64,000 nucleotides of DNA from Promethearchaeota archaeon (GTDB lineage: Archaea; Asgardarchaeota; Lokiarchaeia; Sigyniarchaeales; SOKP01). This document shows positions 56,834 through 64,000 of the stretch, piece after piece. The stretch's first letter is position 1; each line of letters opens with the position of its first letter. Where the stretch lies: assembly GCA_048937405.1 (NCBI GenBank), contig JBHLNF010000013.1, forward strand, positions 1 to 64,000, given 5' to 3'. The notes under the pieces were generated by a model that was not told the DNA's origin, did not search any database, and was given only the letters and a program-made list of their open reading frames with translations. The translations under genes and the position numbers were made by a program.

Positions 56834-59362
56834 ATGATAACGGATTTTACTTCTAAAATTGAGAAAGAGAAATTAGATGATTATAATATAAAAGAGATTT
56901 TCAAATATATTTCAGATAAACGTATTGTACGAGTGCTTTTTGAAGGAAAAATTTTTCAACTGCGTGAGATTCAAAAAGAAGCCATTGAAAAAGGATTATT
57001 TTTCAGAAAATCTTTTTTAGTCTGTGCCCCATCTGGGAGTGGTAAAACATTAATTGGAGAAATTTGTGCGATTCATAATGCTTTCCAGGCTTTTGGAAAA
57101 TCTATTTATTTGGTTCCATATAAGGCCCTTGCAACAGAAAAATATTATCATTTTAAAAAGAATTATGAACGATTTAATTTGAAAATCGAACTTTCAATAG
57201 GAGATTATGATATTGATGATTCTAAGTTACAGAAAACTGATATTATTGTTACAACATATGAAAAGATGGACTCAATATTAAGGAATTTCTATGATAAGGA
57301 ATGGATTTTTGAAATTTCCACAATTATTATTGATGAGATTCATGTAATTGGTGAAAGTGATCGTGGTCCAAGATTAGAATCACTGATAGTTAGGTTGAAC
57401 GAATTTCTGCATAATCCTCAAATTATTGGGCTTTCTGCTACTATTGCAAATCCTGAATTTTTCAATTCATGGTTATCTTCACTTGGTAATAAAACAACTT
57501 TAATAAAATCTGATGAGCGTCCTGTACCGCTTCACTATAAGATTGAGATTACTCAAAATAAAGATTCTACCATAAGAAGACTTGTAAAAAACACATTAGA
57601 AAAAAATGGACAAGTATTAATTTTCTCAAATAAAAGAAAGGGAGCACAGCAATCAGCGGAAAATATTAAACATATCGTAAAAAAAACCTTAGAAGAAAAT
57701 GAATTAAATATTTGTAAGGCATTAGAAAAGCGACTCTCTTCAATTAGGGGAAGTCATGGAGATTTAAGAAATGTAGTTAAGTCTGGGGTTGCTTTTCATC
57801 ATGCTGGGCTGCTTCCTAGAGAAAGAAAAATAATAGAAGATAATTATAGAAAAAGAATTATAAAAGTTATATGCTGTACTACAACTTTATCAGCAGGCGT
57901 AAATACTCCTGCGAGATTAGTGATTCTCAAGGACTTTAAAAAATATATTACTTCTGGACATAACATAAGAAATTTTAGCGACTTTCACGAAAATGGAGAT
58001 GGTTTTTCTTATTTTAAATCTTTTTCTGCTAACGAGGTTTTTCAAATTTTAGGTCGAGCAGGAAGACCTGGACTTGATTCAGTTGGTTATGGTATTATTT
58101 TGACTAAAAATGTTAATGAAAAAATGTGGGTTGAGGAACATTTCTTTCAGAATCAACCTTTAAAAAATTCATTAATTCCTCGATATAATAATTTAATATC
58201 TGGATTAAATAAAATCAATACCCTTAAAGAACAAGTCCTCCTGAGAGTTTATGAGGAAAAAAAAATAACATTAGAGCAGTTGAAAGAATTTTTTGAAAAG
58301 ACATATTTCTGGTATGGAATTAAAAATTCAATGAAGGAACAAAAAATTCCAGTTGAACAATTACTAATGATTAAGGAAATAACCCCGATAAATATACTAA
58401 AACTTCATTCTAATGCTAAAAAAGTAAATAATTTAATGAATGGGGTGTGTGAATCGAAAATTTCTAAATTTAGTGATGAAAACATCTCCGGATATGTGAA
58501 AACTCAATTTGGAGTATTTTTTTGCCAATTTGATATAACCTCTGGTATCCAATGCTCTTGTGGGTTTGAAAATGGTATCTCTGATAATTTTGCGAATAAT
58601 GAATTCTCATTTGAGTCTTGCGAACATGTTACGGCGTTTTTACTCTATTTATTACAATACCCTGACATTAATTTTCAAAAGTATGTTGATTCTATAGTAC
58701 CTAAATCTGTTAAGAATCAATATATCTTAAGTTATTTATTCGAAAAGGGTTTAATCATTAAAAATGAAGATGGATCAATACATTGTTCTCAATTTGGAAA
58801 ATTAATTATTAGACTATATCTTTATCCTGTATCTGGAGTAATTATTAGATATAAATTAGAAAATGTCGAAATAAATAGTATTCAAAACTTAATTAAAGAA
58901 GCTTATGATGTTCTAAAGACAGAATTTCGAGTGAAGGATAACAAGATGCTCCATCCAATTTTGGAATGGGCAGATGAAGAACCTATTGAAGAAATATTGG
59001 AAAAATACAATATTATGATAGGGGATCTATTCTCAATTAGAGATAATCTAGAAAGAATTATTACTTTTATAGGAATTATCGCTAGTAATTTAAGTACCCA
59101 TGGAATTGACTTACAAGATAAATTAGTACGAATTGCTGAGATGGCAGAAACTTTAAAGATTCGATTACATTATGGCATTCGGGAGGAACTGTTTGATTTA
59201 GTTCTTAGATTAAATGATGTTGGACGTGTGAGAGCAAGAATTCTCTATAATGCAGGTTACCACACCGCAACTCAAGTAAGGAAAGAAAATCCTTATGTTC
59301 TTAATAAGAAAACAGGATTAGGAATTAATTTATGTAAGAAAATTATTAAAAAAGACAGATGA
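56834..59362 (+). CDS. Ski2-like/Hel308-family SF2 helicase with SWIM-type insert
   Basis: APSGSGKT, TTYEK, DEIH, GLSAT, AFHHAGL, TTTLSAGVNTPA, QILGRAGRP, VGRVRARILY; CSC..CEH insert. Confidence 0.92.
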   Translation: MITDFTSKIEKEKLDDYNIKEIFKYISDKRIVRVLFEGKIFQLREIQKEAIEKGLFFRKSFLVCAPSGSGKTLIGEICAIHNAFQAFGKSIYLVPYKALATEKYYHFKKNYERFNLKIELSIGDYDIDDSKLQKTDIIVTTYEKMDSILRNFYDKEWIFEISTIIIDEIHVIGESDRGPRLESLIVRLNEFLHNPQIIGLSATIANPEFFNSWLSSLGNKTTLIKSDERPVPLHYKIEITQNKDSTIRRLVKNTLEKNGQVLIFSNKRKGAQQSAENIKHIVKKTLEENELNICKALEKRLSSIRGSHGDLRNVVKSGVAFHHAGLLPRERKIIEDNYRKRIIKVICCTTTLSAGVNTPARLVILKDFKKYITSGHNIRNFSDFHENGDGFSYFKSFSANEVFQILGRAGRPGLDSVGYGIILTKNVNEKMWVEEHFFQNQPLKNSLIPRYNNLISGLNKINTLKEQVLLRVYEEKKITLEQLKEFFEKTYFWYGIKNSMKEQKIPVEQLLMIKEITPINILKLHSNAKKVNNLMNGVCESKISKFSDENISGYVKTQFGVFFCQFDITSGIQCSCGFENGISDNFANNEFSFESCEHVTAFLLYLLQYPDINFQKYVDSIVPKSVKNQYILSYLFEKGLIIKNEDGSIHCSQFGKLIIRLYLYPVSGVIIRYKLENVEINSIQNLIKEAYDVLKTEFRVKDNKMLHPILEWADEEPIEEILEKYNIMIGDLFSIRDNLERIITFIGIIASNLSTHGIDLQDKLVRIAEMAETLKIRLHYGIREELFDLVLRLNDVGRVRARILYNAGYHTATQVRKENPYVLNKKTGLGINLCKKIIKKDR

Positions 59363-59640
59363 TAGATCTAAAAACTGAAAATAAAAAGAAACTTGAAACT
59401 AAAATGCCAAGTTCTTTAAAATTAAATTCTATTGATTTGAAAAAAGTAAATAATAAATTTGAAGATAAAGAAATTGAAAATATTTGTGATGAAAATCTCA
59501 CTATCCTTCAAAAATTACATGCTATTTTATTAAATTGTTCAAATCTGTCAAAAAAACAGAAATTAGAGTTTTGTGAAAACGAGCGATATTTCATGAAGTT
59601 ATATTTAAAGAAATTAAAAGAAAATAATCCTAATATTTAA
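59359..59640 (+). CDS. hypothetical protein
   Basis: 93 aa; ATGA overlap with the helicase stop. Confidence 0.6.
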   Translation: MIDLKTENKKKLETKMPSSLKLNSIDLKKVNNKFEDKEIENICDENLTILQKLHAILLNCSNLSKKQKLEFCENERYFMKLYLKKLKENNPNI

Positions 59641-59760
59641 CTTTTTAATACTAGATTTTTAAAAAAAATTGAAAAACTTCACTTTTGTACCAATCGATTT
59701 TATATTTTAAAAAATAGAATTTCAATATAGACAAGTGTATTTTTTCGAAGGTTTTTAATT

Positions 59761-59991
59761 ATGCTTTTAAATTTAATAGAAAAAAAAATTCAATCTACTA
59801 CTAAAAATGATTTATTTGAAAAGGTATTCATAAATCTGAAAAAAATTATAATACCATTTTCACAAATTGGAAACTCGAAAAAACCTTCATATTTATACAA
59901 TGGATTAGAAGAAATTGCTTTTAAAGAACGAAATATAACATATAAAAAAATACTTTTGAATGAATTTGTTGATAATTTTATTAAAACATAA
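59761..59991 (+). CDS. small hypothetical protein (paralog of 60104)
   Basis: INLK..IIPFS..G.S...Y.Y.G.E.I.F.ER..TY..IL.NEF shared with the paralog. Confidence 0.75.
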   Translation: MLLNLIEKKIQSTTKNDLFEKVFINLKKIIIPFSQIGNSKKPSYLYNGLEEIAFKERNITYKKILLNEFVDNFIKT

Positions 59992-60103
59992 GTCATTTTT
60001 ATAAAAGTTTTAGAAAAAATCATAAAACTTCTTAAGACTCATAATTTTTCTTTAAATACTTTTAATTTTATTTCAGATTATAAGGTATAAATGTGAGAAA
60101 AGA

Positions 60104-60340
60104 ATGAGTTCTAAAACTTTAGATAAAAAATTTGAAGGAATTATTGAAGAAGATATTGTAAAACAACCAATAAATCTAAAACAATTTATCATTCCTTTCT
60201 CAGAGTTTGGTAGATCCACGAAATATATCTATCTTGGAACTGAAAAGATACCTTTTAGAGAACGATATCCAACTTACCAAATGATTCTAACGAATGAATT
60301 TGCTAAAGCAATAAAAGAATTCCAAGAAACTTTAAAATAA
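60104..60340 (+). CDS. small hypothetical protein (paralog of 59761)
   Basis: Same conserved block. Confidence 0.75.
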   Translation: MSSKTLDKKFEGIIEEDIVKQPINLKQFIIPFSEFGRSTKYIYLGTEKIPFRERYPTYQMILTNEFAKAIKEFQETLK

Positions 60341-60390
60341 AACATTAAAATAATTAGTGTAGTATATATAGCTTAAAAATGAGTAAGAAT

Positions 60391-61704
60391 CTAACTCTCT
60401 AATAAGGGAGGATCCTTAACTTTACGATATTTGTATAATTCAAAATCGAGTAAGTGATCTTTTTCATTCTCAGGAGTTTTTTCATAATTTATATCAAATG
60501 GAGAATCATAAATCTTGAGAAAAAGAAACATTGGAGATTTGTCTTTTTCTCGAAGGGCAAAATAATAGGAATCTAAAGTATTATTTATATTAAATATTTC
60601 AGTTGTATTTCCAAGAAAAATTTCCTCTTTTTCAGATCTAATATCTTTTTCTTCGATCTTTGATACTTCTTTATCTAAAAGGCCTAACTTTTTAATAATT
60701 TTTTCTAGTAAGTCTGAGGATTTAATTAAGCTAATAAATCCATCTACTTTAAATCTTTGAAAAATCTTTTTTTTAACCTGGGCTTGGATTGTACTCATTC
60801 TGATACCCAAATGATTACATATAGAACTAATACTTACCTTTTCCTTGCAAGTACATAACACAACAATGGAACTTACTAATCCTGCGATGACATCATCAGT
60901 TGTATTTTTAATGCCTTGCCATAACCTATAGAGTATTTTTTTAGAAAGAAAATAAAAAGGCATTCCTAACTCAAATCCCTCTGAAATTTCAAGAATTCTT
61001 TGAAGTATATATTTCTGTCTATTACGTTCACCATATTCTGGTAAGAATCTTTGGAGTTGTAAGATAAAATCATTGAATTCCTTTTTTGAAATTTTAGAAA
61101 TCTCAATTAATTCCTGTGGATTAATGGAAATATTATTAAGCTTAAGACAAAAATATATTATAATTGAAACTAATTTCTCTATATTTCTGTATTTTGAACT
61201 CGGTCTAATTTTAGCTCTAATCATCTTAAATTTGGTTAATACCATTTGTTTTATTGAATTATATCCATTTAAATCTAAATAATTAAAGATTCTCGCTATT
61301 TCAATACGAGCTCTCTCAATCACAGCTTTTTCACTCGGGATTATAGAATTGTATTTGTTTATCCTTTGTAATCGGATAGAGTGAGGAGAGATTATTCGTT
61401 CACCCCTTGTGCCTATCAAAGTTCTGCCTACACCCTTTGCATACTGAATTAAATCTTCATTATAAGGTCTATCGTATTGTAGCTTTTGAATTTCTAATAC
61501 AATTCCACAATCTCGGCATACATACCCCTCAGAGTTTTCTATAATGTCAGAAGAACCACAAATATCGCATGAAAGATATGAAATACCACGAATTAGTTCA
61601 CCTTCTTGAAGTATTTTATTTGTTGCCAATGCTTTGATCACTATTTTTTCTAATTTACCTAAAGAATATAAGGTAGGTGTTTTGATTTTAAACCTTTTCC
61701 TCAA
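60391..61704 (-). CDS. divergent TFIIB/TFB-like protein (zinc ribbon + cyclin-like repeats)
   Basis: CDICGS...EGYVCRDCGIVL ribbon followed by two helical cyclin-like repeats; start uncertain. Confidence 0.78.
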   Translation of the reverse strand: MRKRFKIKTPTLYSLGKLEKIVIKALATNKILQEGELIRGISYLSCDICGSSDIIENSEGYVCRDCGIVLEIQKLQYDRPYNEDLIQYAKGVGRTLIGTRGERIISPHSIRLQRINKYNSIIPSEKAVIERARIEIARIFNYLDLNGYNSIKQMVLTKFKMIRAKIRPSSKYRNIEKLVSIIIYFCLKLNNISINPQELIEISKISKKEFNDFILQLQRFLPEYGERNRQKYILQRILEISEGFELGMPFYFLSKKILYRLWQGIKNTTDDVIAGLVSSIVVLCTCKEKVSISSICNHLGIRMSTIQAQVKKKIFQRFKVDGFISLIKSSDLLEKIIKKLGLLDKEVSKIEEKDIRSEKEEIFLGNTTEIFNINNTLDSYYFALREKDKSPMFLFLKIYDSPFDINYEKTPENEKDHLLDFELYKYRKVKDPPLLES

Positions 61705-62244
61705 AAATTAATTGATGAGAATAGGCTTTCTATCTCCCAATTTTAAGATGTGATTTATTGTGTTTGACAAAAATAACTAAAAATTTTCCATTTTATCGAT
61801 CACTGACAAAAATGTCAACATAAAAAGTTTTAAGCTTTCTTTTCAAAAGTAGAATTAATTTTCCTTAAATCTTAGGGCTTTAATTTTACAAAAGAAATTC
61901 AAGATTCCACTGATTAAATTACACTTATATATGTAAAATGATTACGTATTTGTGATTTAATTATCATTTTTTTAATTATTATAAATCTACAGGTCTGAAC
62001 TTATCAATTATTAAATTGAATTATTTTTAATATCTTAATCTAGTGGAGCTTTTTGTTAAAAATAAATATTTTATAGTTTAAGATTAAAAACTACAGATCT
62101 TTTATTGAAAATTACTAAATTAGTTTAATCAATTAAGTTCTACTTAATTGTAATAAATAAACTTTTATAGATTCTCAAGTTAATTTAAACCTAACAAGAA
62201 ATATTTATTCAATAATTTTACAAATTTATATAAGTTGAAAAAAT

Positions 62245-62739
62245 ATGGGCGCAGGAAAAGTTTTGGCGTTTTTAGGGGGCGTACTAACTTTACTTGGTAC
62301 TTATGTTTTTGCTATTATTGGTGCAAACCATATTGTAGGGTCTGGTATTACTTTTGCGATAAAGATTCCTGAACTATTTGAAAATGCTGATCCTAATTCT
62401 ACGGCATTAGATATTCCAGTAGCACTCTATTATGTATATTTAGTCCTCTTCATTATATTTCTTGCATCTGGTATATTACAAATGCTTAGTATACAAAGTA
62501 GAGCGGTAGGTTTTATATTCTCACTCTTTCCCTTAGCAGTTTCACTAATGTTTATAATGTTACTATATACAAATATTCTGGGCACTACATCTGGTTTTTT
62601 TGCAGTTATTTTTCTCGATGATCAGTATGGTGATATTTTTCCATTTCTAATAGAACTTGGAGATGTAGATTTAGGAGCATATTTGTTACTTGCAGGCGGA
62701 GTTTTAGGAATATTAAGTGTGTTTATGGAGCGCGATTAA
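62245..62739 (+). CDS. hypothetical membrane protein (~4 TM)
   Basis: 164 aa hydrophobic ORF. Confidence 0.75.
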   Translation: MGAGKVLAFLGGVLTLLGTYVFAIIGANHIVGSGITFAIKIPELFENADPNSTALDIPVALYYVYLVLFIIFLASGILQMLSIQSRAVGFIFSLFPLAVSLMFIMLLYTNILGTTSGFFAVIFLDDQYGDIFPFLIELGDVDLGAYLLLAGGVLGILSVFMERD

Positions 62740-62863
62740 TTAACCAAAATTTTTTTTTCTTTTCTTTACTTTATTTTAAAAATTATTCTAAAGTTATAAT
62801 TTCGTAAATTTCTTTAAAAACTTATAATACCAAAAGAAAAAATAAATAAAGAGAAATTTTAGA

Positions 62864-64000
62864 TTAAGCATAGTTAGATTTTTGTCTTCTTATTATTATC
62901 AAAATTATTACAGTACTAATTCCAAATAATAACATTAATCCATATCCAGAAATCTCAGGGGAATTTTCAGTGTGTAAATTTTTAAAAACTTGTACATATG
63001 CTTCGCCTATCAATCCTATGCTATTATTTGCATAAAAACTAATAGTAACAAGTCCATTTTCTTTTTTATCCCATTCAGATTGCTTAATATGGTAATATAA
63101 TGTATTTATTGTAATATTTGTTACACCATTATCAATTGTGTACCAAATGGTATTGTATGGAATAGATACAGTTATGTCATAAACTGGCGCGTAATTTCCA
63201 TAAGTTATATTGGGTTTTGGATTATTAATTGTTATTTGTGGTACTGGAACAAGATCACGGTCAAAAAGATAAATATAATTACTTCCTCCCGCCACAATAT
63301 ATTTTCCATCGGAGGAAATATCTAATTTATTACTACGACAGCAACCTACGTTGTCCAATTTATAAACCCAAATTGGGATTGAACTTGCATTATTGAATAA
63401 ATAAACATAGTCATCCTGGCTTTGTGCAACGATATACTCTCCATTATCTGAAATATCAACTGCTACTATATTTCCTCCAGTTGAATAATTCCAAATAGGT
63501 GTTGAATTTAATCGGTTAAAAAAGTACACATTACGATCCCGACATCCTACAACAATATATTTGCTATCTGGAGTCATTTTAATAGAATCAACATAGTTAG
63601 GAGTATTATAAACCCATATTGGAATTGAACTATTTTTATGGAACAAATATACTGCTCCACCCCCAGTTGCAACATAATTACCATCAGTAGATATTGATAA
63701 AGCATCAGTAGTATATCCTGGAAAATAAAAAGTCCACTCTGGTACACTACTAGATTTATTAAAAAAATATAATCTATAAGCATTATCTGTGGTAACTATA
63801 TAACTTGCATTTGAGGAGGCATCCACTCGAAGAGTTGATCCGGTTGTTGAAGCCTCCCAAAAAGGAGAAGATCCCGTTTTATTAAAAAGAAATAATTTTT
63901 CAGACGCACCCGTAACAGCAATATAAAATCCATCATCGGAGATCCAAACATCAGAAAATCCATCCCCAGTAGAATAATTCCATAACGGAATAGGATTTAA
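62864..64000 (-). CDS. WD40/PQQ-like beta-propeller surface protein with Ig-like domain and C-terminal sorting anchor (5' partial)
   Basis: Repeats of DISSDGKYIVAG..YLF...SSIPIW; tail EISGY-TM-RRQK; frame stays open to the window edge. Confidence 0.85.
   Translation of the reverse strand, partial: LNPIPLWNYSTGDGFSDVWISDDGFYIAVTGASEKLFLFNKTGSSPFWEASTTGSTLRVDASSNASYIVTTDNAYRLYFFNKSSSVPEWTFYFPGYTTDALSISTDGNYVATGGGAVYLFHKNSSIPIWVYNTPNYVDSIKMTPDSKYIVVGCRDRNVYFFNRLNSTPIWNYSTGGNIVAVDISDNGEYIVAQSQDDYVYLFNNASSIPIWVYKLDNVGCCRSNKLDISSDGKYIVAGGSNYIYLFDRDLVPVPQITINNPKPNITYGNYAPVYDITVSIPYNTIWYTIDNGVTNITINTLYYHIKQSEWDKKENGLVTISFYANNSIGLIGEAYVQVFKNLHTENSPEISGYGLMLLFGISTVIILIIIRRQKSNYA

Noticed and set aside
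61866-61887. TAAATCTTAGGGCTTTAATTTT resembles hairpin 1 of the 3' element
   Set aside because: The stem is imperfect, the second hairpin is absent and there is no upstream ORF; probably chance.
2112-63783. Many 60-120 aa ORFs in the track that are antisense to or nested in clear genes (e.g. 2112-2447, 6865-7167, 7552-7767, 13198-13443, 29060-29377, 33897-34256, 47161-47388, 59790-60023)
   Set aside because: Shadow frames of well-supported genes, with no motifs or SD sites.
1-64000. Genome-wide reassignment of TGA
   Set aside because: TGA ends several full-length conserved genes (nadE, amtB2, suhB, mpg), so any read-through must be local.
1-64000. CRISPR arrays, tRNAs, rRNAs, intact transposases, prophage genes
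   Set aside because: No regularly spaced repeats, cloverleafs or such ORFs were seen by eye.

Overview
A low-GC archaeal chromosome segment, most likely from an Asgard archaeon (Lokiarchaeia/Promethearchaeota-like). That call rests on GGTGA-type SD sites, BRE/TATA promoters, archaeal uS10, Hel308- and TFB-like genes, a longin-like protein, a stand-alone RING-like protein and a Loki-CTERM-type surface protein. About 1.3-31.4 kb is a nitrogen-assimilation island. It holds two glnA, nadE, KaiC-like ATPase-amtB1-glnK1, amtB2-glnK2, RHH/AbrB/Lrp regulators, an HdrB-HdrC fusion leading a split gltB1-2-3 operon, an orphan FMN glutamate-synthase-like gene, guaA, nfnAB and gdhA. Four of its promoters share a GGGA-N6-TCCC palindrome. 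The rest is mixed housekeeping and hypothetical genes. Several elements are missing from the ORF track. (1) Two tandem paralogous small ORFs (36256-36429, 36641-36796) each have an in-frame TGA next to Cys and are followed, exactly 5 nt after the distal stop, by the same covarying two-hairpin element; this is a candidate new selenoprotein/UGA-recoding system and the best lead in the window. (2) Several genes, including uS10, appear to start at ATA/ATC/ATT. (3) There are an SRP RNA, a C/D box sRNA and an unassigned 123-nt structured RNA. (4) There is a ~190-bp IS200/IS605-type remnant. (5) A 5-bp duplication frameshifts a radical SAM gene. All calls come from reading the sequence by eye; no searches were run.
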